Below, piece after piece: positions 23,922 through 36,750 of a stretch of DNA of 64,000 bases (the first letter of the stretch is position 1; each line of letters opens with the position of its first letter). Source of the DNA: Chiloscyllium plagiosum (taxonomy: Eukaryota). The position numbers and the translations under genes were made by a program. Below the pieces are notes generated by a model. The model was not told where the DNA came from, ran no database searches, and saw only the letters and a program-made list of their open reading frames with translations. The stretch covers positions 17,106,603 through 17,170,602 of the forward strand of contig NC_057720.1 of assembly GCF_004010195.1 (NCBI RefSeq). Direction: 5' to 3'.

Positions 23922-25217
23922 ATATATTTTAAAGATAAAGCTGAACAAAGTATTAAGAACAGAAAATTTACAATCTTAAATGAATTGTTTATCCAACAGT
24001 AATATATAATACAAACATCCAAAGTTGCAGAAGGTGTACACCCACTGAAATTTAGAAGTGCAGAGCTGCCAAAGTTCACACTAAGTCAGAGTGAACCGAC
24101 CATAATGTTAATGGTAATCCAACTGCTATTGTTTGTCTCAGAAACCTTTCTTACGCAATGGTTAGAATCATTGGAATTCTTGAGCCAATGGCAGAGAGAG
24201 AAAGCAAAAGACAAAAAAAAAGGCGTTGTAGGACATTACATTCAATGATTTTCTTTATGCATCATTATGCTGTCAGGGCAAAATGTATTTTTATATACTG
24301 TACATGCATATAATTCTACTATACAAAAGATTTTACATGCAACTTAAAAAGGAGATTAATATGAACTTTGAAACCATAATGTGAAAGTCATAATGTCACT
24401 ACTTTTGAGGCAGTCAGTCTAACTCAAATATTTTAAATTTGTGTCATGAAAAGAGAAAATAATCCCAAGAGGGTATTTCACCAATCAATTTGGAAAACAG
24501 ATGAGAAAACAAAGTATTATAGTAACAGCTGCCCAAAAAAAGTGTTAACTGTAACTATCACCTAATATCAAGCTACCAGAAACCTGTATTTTTGTAAAAT
24601 AGTCAGTAGGACATGCCAGCAGCCAATTCACTATGTAAATTAGAGAAAAGAATAGCAATATGTACGAATTATGTTTCTGAAAACTTTACACCCATTATTC
24701 AACTGGCTAGCATGGGTTTAATACAGACAGGAAGATTAGTAAATTGTGATATTGCCCTGGCGTGTGGAAAGTTAAAGAGAATTAAAGTGCTAAATTGCTC
24801 ATTCATAGACAGTTCACTCAGAAATGAACTGAATAAGGGAATAAAAATGAGTTGCTTAATAGGAATCTGTGTCTAACTGCATTGATCATTTTGTCATTTG
24901 ATTTTTTTCCAAAAATGATGAATGCACAACAGGAAGTTTAAGCATACTATTCTGGTGGTATTTCTTTAAAATTAAAGCTTAACATTTAATTAAATTTAAA
25001 ATCACCTTTGGAGCCACATCTTTGAGTCTAAATCTAAACACATGCAACCTCAGTTACCAGCCTTAAGAAAGTGCACACATTTGGTGTGGTATCATTAGTT
25101 GTCAATGGGGTGAGAAAAGAAGTAAAGTTATAGACTTCATGGTAACAGAATTTTAAAATAAGTCAGATGTTGCCTGTAGTTATTTATTTTGATTAGCCTG
25201 TTTGAACATATCTCTTC

Positions 25218-25288
25218 GGCAGGTGGGACTTGAACCTAGATCCTCTGACTCAGAAGTAGAGACACTACCACTGCTCGCCAAGAGCCCT
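25218..25288 (-). mobile_element. Short tRNA-derived SINE head inside candidate 3' UTR (related copy at ~2795-2870)
   Basis: Reverse complement has GTGGTAGTGTC...GGTTCAAGTCCCACC A/B-box pattern. Confidence 0.5.
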
Positions 25289-26831
25289 GATGAAACAGCA
25301 TACTTTCACCAATTAAATCAGAACTGCCAGTTGTTGACCCAAAGGTGTCACTGAAGTGCTTTGGCAGCAGTGCCTTCTAATCAGACAGGAACCAAATCCA
25401 GTGCCTTATACCACTCAGACACATTACCTTAAATATGCCCTTAGCATATTATCAAACTATAAAAATGGGCCTTCCCAATCACTTTCATTAAAACTGACTC
25501 TGATTAAACAAATGATCTTAATCAGAACTTCTGAGGGGAATAAGTAAAAAGCTGGAGGCAAAGTAGCAAAGGTACATAATAAAATTCAATGAAAATTCAC
25601 AGTTAGCAAAATTAATACACATTTGCAGATAGATGAACTTAATTTATGTAACTTTAAGAACAAAGGTCAATTCAGCAATCCTGCAGTGCTAGTGGGAAAG
25701 CCACCCTCAATAAGGAGTGCAGATCAGAGATCGAGTGACCACGCTGTAGTTGTCTCAGATTATCCAATCTGGATTCACAATTACTTTAACTCCCCAATGG
25801 CAGTGTGGATCACTGATTTTGTCCTTAGAATATTTGCACAAAAATTCAAAATACAATAAAAATATAGCTTATGTGTTACTAAAATACTCTGTACTCTGCT
25901 CTAGAGAGTTCTTTAAATGTTTATATACAGGAATACATTATTAATTCAGGAAGTAAAATACATTCAACTGTACAGTATGCAATATTCAGTACCGTGAAGA
26001 ACACAGTTTGCTGAGCTGCACAAAATTGAACATTCATGATATAGGACAACTTCGAGTCAGTCTCATTGATGAACACCTGCTTTTAAAAATACATACAAAT
26101 AACAAATTCAGAGTGTGCTTAAAATGTCCCATTTGTGTCTTAAAATAATAACTGCTGCCAAATAATCAATTTATATCTTTAAAAAAGATGTCCAAGTCAC
26201 TGAGAGGAGCAGCAGAAAGCTTAGAGTTGGTCATCATTTTAAGTTTTTGTTCAATTTCCCAAAAAGTACGATAACCTTAAAGCTGTCAATATTTTTGGAA
26301 ACCTGGTGCCACAATTTGCACAATATCATAATTGGGGCTAATTGGTACTTTTTGTATACATTTATTTACAAATGTTTCTCTGGAATATGTTTAATTGTGC
26401 TTTGTATTAAAAGTGTTTCTGTTTATGAAAATTATGTTTCTGATTCTTATTAATTAATTAGTGCTTGGCATTGTCATTTCTACACTCAGCAAGTTGCTGG
26501 TGTTTGCATAAATCCCAGGAAAAATTAAACAGCTGCATTCTAGAACTAAAGCAGCACTGAGAAAGATTTCACATGAGGAACCCATAAATGGTTAGCAAGT
26601 TCCCAACTCAGGGTAATTAGTAGTTTTGTCACATATAGTGTTATACACTCGAGTAAAGTCAGTTTACCTAAAGTATAAAGCAACATAGATGATTTCTTGC
26701 CTTGAACATACATCTGAGCTTTTGAAGGCAAATGAAGATCTTCCTTTTATCTTCAGGATATTAACATCAACAATTAGCCACTTTGAATCTTGCCTTTATA
26801 CTCCATTTCCTCACAATTATTTCCCTTTGGG

Positions 26832-26950
26832 TTAGGCTGTACTGCTGCTGGAACAGGGAGTGCTTTGTGTGCTACCAATGCTATGAGCAGTGCTGCTGTT
26901 TTCTGATGCTGGAGGTGATGTGGGGACTTGTTGCCTTCCAGCTGTTTCAC
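26832..26950 (-). CDS. TGFBR3: TGFBR3 last coding exon, cytoplasmic tail ending in PDZ-binding STA
   Basis: ctgcag|GT GAA ACA...GCC TAA; (G)ETAGRQQVPTSPPASENSSTAHSIGSTQSTPCSSSSTA*. Confidence 0.98.
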
Positions 26951-29900
26951 CTGCAGAACATAAACCACCGTCAATTAACTGACCACCAAATACCAAGACC
27001 CTAATAAATTTAGTCATGGATTTGCGGGCAAACAACAACAGAGCTGAAATAAAACATCTTTACCAATGGTTATTCTGATATATAAAGTTTAAGGTTTATA
27101 TCATATTCATCCCCATTATAGTTTCTTCCTCTGCAAAATCAGTCAATACTTTAGTGTATTAACAATTTATAAATGGACATAGCTTTTGAAAGCCATGAAA
27201 CCCTTTTTTCTCTCCATCCCACTGGAGGAGGTGCTTTTGTTTAATCAGAATCCCTTTTCAAGGCCTCTCTGCTCTGAAATTCAGTGCCAAGTGAAAAAAA
27301 ATAATTCATCACAGATTTATGCAAAAATCAGAACAGGCCACGAACCCCTGCTGCTATCCCAGTTTGGTAACTCAATACCACTCTTAACCATTTCCTGAAC
27401 CATATAATAGTAAAAACTTTATTTAAATAGCTTTAAGGGCTGAACTAGACTTGATAACTATTGAAATAAGTTCACTGTTCAGTAAAGGATAAATTCCTAA
27501 TCTGCCTTTCAATATATGAAAATAGCTGAGTGCTACTAGAACTGTCTCCAAAAAGGAGAAGAATCAGTCTGTTATAAATTAAGCTTGACTTTGGAAAAAG
27601 CTTGATTAGCTGACTGAGTGTGCCGGGGTGTATAGACCACGGAGGGTCTTTAAAACTTGCACGCTTTTAAACTAAAACAGAGCCAGCTCAAAGCTATAAA
27701 CTGCTTTTGTTTTGTCAGTATCTGTCTGAGGCACATGCTTATATGTACAATTCCCTGTCCAGGAAATCTGGACTTTTTTTATTGACTTCAAGTTCAAGTT
27801 TGCTTCGTCAGACTATTTTAATCAGGACTTGTTCAAAAATTGATTGTCTACAATTCTTCAAGGATTTAATCAATATTTAAATATATATCCGGCAAATGCT
27901 AACAATCAGTAAGGAAAAAGAAACACTTTTCCAGGGGTGAATTATTAAAAACCAAAAACTAGATGGTGACAATAGCTGTCTAAGAAACATTTACTACCTT
28001 GTGTTAATGTAACCAAATTTGAACCATTTCATAAATGAGTTACTAAGTAATGCAGGAAGCTGAACTCTAATCCTCAAGGTTTAGGAGGAAGATGCTCACT
28101 TTTTGTTTTTGAGATGAATGCATTTGGATTTTGGTCATAATTCATAATATGCACAGGGAGATATGGGAAAACATGAATTAAATGGAACAATGTGCATTCA
28201 ATGAGCTATACTAGGTGACACTGAACTCAGTTTCTACCTCCAAGGCTGAATACTAGTAATTCAGACAGCCATTATACCTTTTGTTGAAATTCAACGGATG
28301 TTGAAAAGGCAGTAGGCTATGTTCAGTACAATCACATTACAGTGGAATATTTTGCTATTTTCACCCTCTGGAAATTTTGAGCTTTATAAATAAGAGAAAG
28401 TGATAACTAACTAACGTCATTCTCTCTTTAGGGAGACAATTTTTTTTTCCTCTGGTGCAGGTTTATACATGCCTGACTCGTCCCTATAATTTTAAGAAAT
28501 ATCTCTGACCTACAGTCACACAGCTGTTTGATAAAATTAGTATCAAGAGAGATGGTATAGTTCTTCTGAACTTTTGAACAACTAACTTAATTTTATTGTA
28601 TACTTGAAGCACAATATGGGCTTGCTCTTCGACCTGAAACAGCAGGTCAACAATGTGACCCGCCAGCTGCTCAATCATTTCCCTATATACAAATTAATGA
28701 ACAATTCAGTGTTTTCAAGCAGCCTTGATAAAATATGGGCTTGTGCATATATCTGGCACAAAGAAACATTGTGCAATTAATTGATTGCTTTTCTTTATTC
28801 TGGATCTAATTGGTTCTTTCACACATTAATTTTTAAGTTACATATTCAGTTTTATCTGCTGTACCTTGAACCAGTTCGCAAGAGCCAAATGAGCAGGTTT
28901 TCAGTGCTATTTGCATGGCTTTGAATATTTTAAGAAAAAAACAACAAAACATGTTTCCATGCAAACAAATACTCAGCATTTCCTCAGAAAACCATCAATA
29001 CCAAAGCTACCAGCCCAGCACCAGATACTGGAAAATTATTTTACTGCTCCTCGGATGCTGCCTGAACTGCCGTGCTTTTCCAGCATCACTAATCCAGAAA
29101 CTGGAAAATTATGGCAAAGGAACAGATTCTACAGCAGAGATACAACCATTCTTATTCAACCATTACATTTTAATTAATCTTGTAGATAGCACTTAATGTT
29201 TAATTAGATTTTCACCAATACATATAAAGCAATGGCTTACTTACGTGAAGCAAATCAAGTAAATGAATGGTTGAACTATTACTTTCCCTCACTAAATTTA
29301 CTTTACAGCATGGGAGACAGCCAGTTAATTGCAATCTATGTTTTCTTACTCTTCTACTTGTTTCCCATAAACTTTGAAGCTTTACTTTTCAACTCTAACA
29401 GATATTATGGTTATAGTTCCAGCACTGACATCCCTAACAAAGCTCAGTGTTAATTAAACAATAAGAGAATCTCTTAACTTCTCCTTATAATTTGGTGATG
29501 AGCTTACATTTAGGCTTAATAGCTGCTGTTATGATGTTCGCTAGGACTAGTTTCTCCTGAATTAACTCATCAAAATCTTTCACAAATTTGATTGTCTTTT
29601 CGTTTCTTAACTTGGTTACCAAAGGGATAAAAGATTATCGGGGAGGATTATAGGATTGAATTTAAAATCAGATCAGCCATGATCTTATTGAATGGCCTCC
29701 TCTTGCTCCTTGTTCATATTAAAGTCCTTTGAACAAAACTGAATGAATAAAAAACAGGAAAATACCACTATTGACAAAAATCACACCAACAATTAGCAAA
29801 TGCAGTAAAGAAATGTACTTGCAAAATTGCTGAAATCAATATAAGACCTCTATCAATCAAATATGTTGACCATGTTAACCAAATAGAATGGACATTGTTG

Positions 29901-30966
29901 GAGAATGCCAAAATGAAGACCTTTGGAATGCATGTTGACATGATTCCATCTAATGGAGAGCCCTGCCAGTGTTGGGGATGGGGGCAGGGCAGGGTGTGGT
30001 GAAAACAAAATAGGGAAACCATGCAATCTTTCACATTTTAGTCACATCAAGATTGCTGCAGACAAGAAAAGGAACAATGACAGCTCCTGCTAAATGGATT
30101 ATGGCTCAAAATGCTGGTTGTGAAGCCACCAGTACTTGACAGTTTTCGGACCAGCTAAAGACTGGATTGTCCTGTACAACCCCAGATGTTCCGGACCTTT
30201 ATTATCATTATTTTATTATGTAATTAAATAATGCAGCGTCAGAGCACACCAATGACTTTAAAATTAGCGTTCTAACACATCTTGCTAAGCAATAATATAA
30301 GTCAATATTGAATTCAGAAACTATAAAAGATCTTTCTCACAACTGGAAACAGTTTTATGATACAAATCTTGCCATTTCCTGGAGAACTTACTGCCCAGAA
30401 GGGAGTACACTTCAACAGGAGACTCTGCCAAACAGAACTTGTAGTAAAACACAAAAAAAAAGTATCTTGGATTTATATTTGATCTGTGAGAGGCAGAGCA
30501 ATATTAGTATTTCCACTGTTGAGATCTCTATTGCTGTGATCTATTTGCACATTTCACCCAAGTGGGCACGTCAATACCATGTGGCTTCTCCATAACCATA
30601 GTCAATTTTAGCCCATCAACAGATTAACAGGAGCTGAATTTCTGTTAGTGTGCCTGCTACATCAATTTTTTTTCATTATTCTCCTACTCCTGATATTTTT
30701 GAGAGCCCATTTAAAACAAAACTCAAATTTTTAAAAGTTGGTTCCATGAAAAGAAAACAAAAATGAATGGAAGTAATTTTGACTGTGGAATCGGACTTAT
30801 ATTAGCATGATTCAATGAAATGCAAGGTTAATTTCTCATAGGCTACAGAATTACTGATCATTCCCACTCAACTTCATTATTCTCACCCATTCCTTCCTTC
30901 CCATAACCACAACACGTGTTCCACCTATACTCATTTTCTACCTCCCCAGCCTCTATATTCAATAAC

Positions 30967-31520
30967 GCGGAGATGTCGGTGTTGGACTGGTGTGGACAAT
31001 GTCAGAAGTCTCGACACCAGGTTATAGTCCAACAGGCTTATCTGAAATCACACACAATCTGTAAAATCATCCTTACTGTCCTGTTTTGACACCATCACCT
31101 TGATACCTTGTTATAATCTCTCTACTTTAGTTTGTACAGTATTGGATTATTTGTTACTTTGTTAGACCCTCAGCATGTGACTCATATCTATCATGTTATT
31201 CCAGCAATTTGGTTGGTTTCCAGCACCACCTTATTTTTAAGTTTTTGAAATTATCTCTGTCTCAATTAATTGGATTATAGATTATCCCTTCACTTGCTAT
31301 TCACACTTTACTCACACCATCTGACATTTTTGATCACCTTCAGAGACTTATTATTCAACCTGTCGACAACCCACTCACACCACTTGTACGATCTTTTCAT
31401 CTCTCTGCCTATAAACTATGGGCTTCTCTTCACTCCACCTGACAAAGGAGCAGCGCTTTGAAAGCATGTGATTTCAAATAAACCTGTTGGGACTATAACC
31501 TGGTTACCTGTGACTTCTGA
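30967..31520. mobile_element. PLE-derived element with inverted ends and degenerate hammerhead
   Basis: Left arm ..CCAGGTTATAGTCCAACAGG.. is inverted to right arm CACCTGACAAAGGAGCAGCGCTTTGAAAGC..CCTGTTGGGACTATAACCTGG. Confidence 0.7.
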
Positions 31521-31539
31521 TCTATATTCAAAGATCTTC

Positions 31540-32340
31540 CTTCACCATTATCGTCATCTCCCTTCAGTTTTCTGAGTAGACTTTCTGAAGACCTGTTCAG
31601 TTCATCAAACACCTACAAATCCTTTTCCATTTCCTGTAGCCCTTTTCTCTGCAAAAACATGAAATACAACCACTGCCCTTTCTTCCCTTTTCCAGGTCTC
31701 TAATGCTACCTCCACGATAAAGAGAAATTGACTTGTACTGTTTTCAATTTAGAATGCTCAATTCACTGCTCATAGTCTACATTCGGGGAGATTAAATGCA
31801 TCCTGGGCGACTGCTTTGTGGAAACCTTCTGTCCATCCAGCAAGTGTTACCCTGAGCTTCCAGTCAGCTGTCATAATAATTTTCCACCTTGCTTTCATCA
31901 TAACATCTCTGACATTAGCCTGCCACAGTGTTCCAATAAAGTTTATCACAGTGGAACTTCAAATCTTTCTGTGTTCAATGCGGAGTTTAACAATATTAGA
32001 CCATAACTTCTGGCCCCATTTTGCTTTTCTGTTTTTATGTTTTCTTCTTGCTTTTTATTTATTCATTCATTTAGTACTCCAACATCAACTTTTCTGTTAA
32101 TTACAGCTGCCATTATCACACCTTACGTTCCTCTACTTGTCCTAATACCACTTTCTTTGACCGTGCACCATAAAACTGTAATTTAATTTCTCTTGCCCTT
32201 CTCATTAGACATTCATTTCTGTTTTGCTTCCCACCCTCATTTCCCATGCTCAAAATCTATTACATTTTCATCTATTACATATGTGACCTGATGAAGGGTC
32301 ACATATCTAAAACGCTAACTCTGTTTCTTTTTTCAGGGGT
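31540..32340 (+). mobile_element. Highly degenerate PLE remnant with hammerhead-like end at ~32286-32320
   Basis: Eroded GIY-YIG-like segment at ~31730-31830; CTGATGAAGGGTCACATATCTAAAACGCTAAC. Confidence 0.45.
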
Positions 32341-33494
32341 TCAGTCAGGCCAGCTCCATTTTAAAAAAATTGTTCTCAGGAATTGAGTTTCACTGGTTAT
32401 GCCAACACCTATTGCCTATACCTAATCGAGTAGTTAAGAGTGAACCACGTTGCACTCAGGCTGCAGTCATATGTAGGCAGATCAAGTAAGGATAGCTGAA
32501 TTGCTTTCCTGAAGTGACAAGTAGTGAACCATTTAGGTTTTAGTTTTTTAAATATTTCATCATTTCCTGTTTTTATTTCAGATTTCCAGGATTCTTTATA
32601 TTCGTTTTGTATCGAATTCTCTACCCCTTAAGTGGTTTAGTAGATTACTCAATTTTTAAAAAAAAAAGTTAAATCAATCTATGCATAACATGATTAAAAA
32701 GCTGCAGTGAAATAATGTATTCCCAATATAAAGTCTTGAATCTTGATTAAAACGTTCTCAGTTTTGATGTCTCTTCATCTAATAACATATCTGTTTTATG
32801 CTTGCCAGCCTTGTGAGAATCAACAGCTTGGTTTAATTCTGTTCCATTTTGAGGGAGCATCATTGGACTTGAAATATTAACTTGGTTTTCCCCCCACAGA
32901 TGCTGACAGATCTACATTTCACCAACAATTTTTGTTTTTGTTCGTTTCATATCTCCAGCATCTGCAATTCGTTGTTTTATTAAAGCTCTGTTTATTTAGT
33001 ATTTCAATTTAATATTCTCAATTCTTTCATGTTCACTTGGATATAAATCCATATTTTAACATCAAACTGAAAAATCTGAGCAAATTAGTGCAGTTATATT
33101 AATGCTTCAAGATAAAAGAGAGTTGAATTGATAGGGATATTGTTCACCATATTGTCAACATTGCTAATTTCTTTCACACACTTTATGCAGTAGCACATGA
33201 CTTATTCGTATTTTACACTTTGGGTCAGAATGTCTTCTCACAAATCAATTAATGTTCCTGATTTTTCTATACTAGAGACAATCCAATCTATTCTTCATTA
33301 GCCATTTGATTTCAACATTTGCATTGCATTACTTTGGTTAAGTCTTCACAAAATTGAACACAAATCAGACGCTAGAAGTGTTAGAGAATGCAAGATTTAG
33401 TGGGATTCTATTGACCCGTCTCATCCTAACCAGGATGTGTGGATGAATCTGCTTTAGGGATAGCACCATGTTAAATAATTGATGAGATACATAC

Positions 33495-33602
33495 CTGTGT
33501 GGGAGTAAATATACCACAAAGCTCCTGTTAGAAGTGCACCAATCACAAACGCTGCAAATGCAATTCCCACAACAGTTGGGGTATCCAGACCATAAATAAT
33601 AT
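33495..33602 (-). CDS. TGFBR3: TGFBR3 transmembrane exon (exon 16 equivalent)
   Basis: tttcag|AT...ACA G|gtatg; 108 nt; [35 protein letters not shown]. Confidence 0.97.
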
Positions 33603-34164
33603 CTGAAACACAAGAAGATGATATATACATGATACAGGTTCATAGTGCATAAAACAAAATACTATTCTGGCAGGATTATCATTTAAAAAAAAATATTGAT
33701 ATCTTGAACAAAAAGTCACATAAGAGGCTCAACTTTGTTTATGAATCATGCCTGCAGTGTCTTGTCTAGAGTTTCATGCAATATATAGATGTCAACTGTG
33801 TTGCAATCAACTTGATTTAACTTTCTTGCATCATGCTGAATATTTCAATCATCTTCAAGCGTCATTTACATGGAACAAGGATAATGAAGCGTTTCTGTAT
33901 GTTTTGGATAGACCAGATTGGTGGTCTTCATCCTTCCCTAATTCTGAGTTTGAAAACCATAGTTGTCAAATGAAAGACAAAATTTAGTCTTAACAACAAT
34001 CGCCTAGTGATGAGAAAGAAAGCTTTTAAACCATCTGTATACAAACTCATAGTAGAGATTGTACTTATTGGAAGGAAGGTAACTTCAGAGGCAAGTTACT
34101 TGGAAAGGACATTATATATGGCAAACAATAATTGAATATTTTATGGACAGCATAGCAATTGACA

Positions 34165-34370
34165 GACAGATCATTCTGCTATAACATGCATTTCGTCAGC
34201 ACGAATTGGCTATAACGCGATTGACAAATTGTGGATGTTGTTTGGATGACATACTTTATACTGAACGGGTATTGCGATTAGTATTGCTATTAGTGATCAT
34301 CTACAGTGTGATTTTCTATGGTGGTTTTCCATAGCAGATTTTCTGTTGAGCCAGGATGCAGAGGAAATCA
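34165..34370. mobile_element. Tigger/MER-like DNA transposon fragment
   Basis: CAGATCATTCTGCTATAAC end and repeated GCTATAAC motifs. Confidence 0.35.
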
Positions 34371-34476
34371 TCCAAGAAACCATCATCTTTGCTTACAGAA
34401 CAAAACATTATGAAACCACTTGAGTAATGTGACCAGTTTTTAATATTTTCTTTTATTTATCCTCTAATTGTGTTTG

Positions 34477-34793
34477 ATTAGATTAGATTCTCTATATTAT
34501 GGAAACAGGCCCTTTGGCCCAACAGGTCCACACCGACACTCTGAAGAGTAACCCACCCACACCCATTTCCCTCTGACTAATACACCTAACACTATGGACA
34601 ATTTAACATGGCCAATTCACCTAACCTACACATCTTTGGACTGTGGGAGGAAACCGGAGCACCTGGAGGAAACCCACGCAGACACAGGGAGGATGTGCAA
34701 ACTCCACACAGAGTGTCGCCCGAGGCTGGAATCTAACCTGGGTCCCTGGTGCTGTGAGGTAGCAGTGCTAAACACTGAGCTAATGTGCCACCC
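34477..34793 (-). mobile_element. HE1-type V-SINE
   Basis: (GATTA)n tail and reverse-complement V domain. Confidence 0.85.
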
Positions 34794-35129
34794 CACATTT
34801 ATTTGCGCATCTGTCTGTCTTTTGTGTTAATGGGGCTGAAAATGAAGGCTTTTGAGTTTTATAACATAGACCAATTAGATTACTTAATTTTGCTCTCCTA
34901 AAGTTATTACATTGTTAATAAATTGGTTTAAGATACAAACCAATGTCTGGAATTGATTATTTGCAGAATCTCAGATTGGCTACTCAAAAGTCTGATTCGG
35001 AACAGTGGGGTCAACTTTGATGGTTTTTGAAGGCTTTAAATCTACTATATTGTGAACATAGAGGTAGAAAGGTCAACTTGGTTCAGCTGTCTGACTCCAA
35101 ATTCTAACTCTCCTCAGATCATGAATATA

Positions 35130-35330
35130 TATTATAAATATATGTAGCCCCAGCAGTGATCCCTGTAGCACAGCTCTAGTCAAAGGTTACCAGCATGAAA
35201 ATGCCCTCTCTTATCCCAACTCCCTGTCTTCTATTAGTTAGCTATTCCTCTATTTGTGCTAGTTTACTATACTCCCCAACATCACTGGTTCTTACCTTAA
35301 GTAGCCTAAATGTGTGACACCTTATCAAAT
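35130..35330 (-). mobile_element. CR1 RT fragment
   Basis: Reverse complement contains CAGGGATCACTGCTGGGG (QGSLLG). Confidence 0.6.
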
Positions 35331-35499
35331 AGTACAATTCATATGAGTAGCACTTTTACAAAAGAAAAAGAAATTTAGAAGTTTTTTTTGACAAATCACT
35401 GCAAATGCAACATTATAACCTATGTTACTGCCATTAGAAAATTCTTATCCATATGAACATATCGATTATAATGCTAGAATAACATTAAATCCAACTTAC

Positions 35500-35541
35500 A
35501 AGGCCGTGGTCTCTCTACATTAACATGGCTGTCAGGAATCA
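35500..35541 (-). CDS. TGFBR3: TGFBR3 42-nt stalk exon (exon 15 equivalent)
   Basis: ttttcag|TG ATT CCT GAC AGC CAT GTT AAT GTA GAG AGA CCA CGG CCT T|gtaagt; phase 1-1, same size as the recalled human exon; (V)IPDSHVNVERPRP. Confidence 0.8.
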
Positions 35542-35649
35542 CTGAAAATGACAGAAATAAATATATTCAATAAAACGATTAATCAGAACCTTTACTTTAT
35601 GTTGCTTAAACGATATTTTACTTTATAAAGAGATTGTATGTGTGAAGTC

Positions 35650-36750
35650 ATGAGAGCCCATGGTGTTGGAGGTAGTATATTGGCATGGATAGAGAATTGG
35701 CAAATGGGCAGGAAACAGCGAGCGGGGATAAGGGGTTCTTTTTCAGGTTGGCAATCTGTAACAAGGGATCAGTGCTGGGAGTGCAATTGTTAATAATATA
35801 TCTTAATAACTTGGAGGAAGGAAGTGTATATACCGAATCCATATTTGCAGAAAAACAAAAATAAGTGGAAAGGCATGTTGAGAGAGAAATACTAATAGTT
35901 TACAGAGAGACACATGATGGGGCAAATGGACAAAAAGTTTGCAAATGGACAAAAAGTTTGCAAATGGGAGTATAATTGAAGTTGTTCATTTTGGAAAGGA
36001 GAACAAAACAGATTATTATTTCCATGGCAAAAAACTGCAGAGAACTGCAACACAAAGGGATTTGGGGTACTTGTCCATGGGGTATTTAGCATACAGGTAA
36101 TCAGGAAGGCTAATTGAATGTTGGCCTTTATTTAAGGGGGTTGAAGTATAAGAGTAGGGAAGTCTTACTACAACTGAACAAGGTGTTGGCGAGACCACAC
36201 CTGGAGTAATGGGAGCAGTTTTGGTCCCTTATTTAAAAGATATTTCTTCATTTGAGACAGTACAGAGAGGATTCACTTGCGTGATCCTGGTGTGAAGGGA
36301 TTGTCTTATGAGCAAAGGTTAAACAGGTTGGGGCTCTACTCACTGAAGTTTAGAAGAGTAAGGTGATTTCATTGAAACATATAGGATTCTTAAGCGGCTT
36401 GACAGGGTAAATGCTGAGGGGCTGCTCCCCTCATGGGACAGTTTAGGATCAGAGGGCATAGTCTCAGAATAAAGGGGCACTAATTTAAGACTGAGTTTGA
36501 GGAGGAATTCCTTGTCTCAGAGGGTTTAAGAGTCTTTGGAACTCCTTGTCAGAGAGCTGCCGGCAGAGTCCTTGTAAATATTCAAGGCGGAGATAGATAA
36601 GATTCTTGATCAATTGGGAAATCAAGGGTTACGGGGAAACAGCAGGAAGGTAGATAGGAGAACTGTTGGATCAGCCATGATTCTACTGAAAGGCTGAGGA
36701 GGCTCAAGGGGCTGAATGGCCTACTGCTGTTCCTATTTCTTATGGTCTTA
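35650..36750 (+). mobile_element. Degenerate CR1 LINE 3' portion
   Basis: GGGATCAGTGCTGGGA, AGACCACACCTGGAGTA, tail GGCCTACTGCTGTTCCTATTTCTTATG; internal 19-bp tandem duplication at ~35922-35967. Confidence 0.85.

Larger units (their letters stand above)
23600..26831 (-). other. TGFBR3: Candidate TGFBR3 3' UTR (~3.2 kb)
   Basis: AT-rich, nearly transposon-free stretch downstream of the stop, ending at clustered AATAAA hexamers. Confidence 0.65.
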
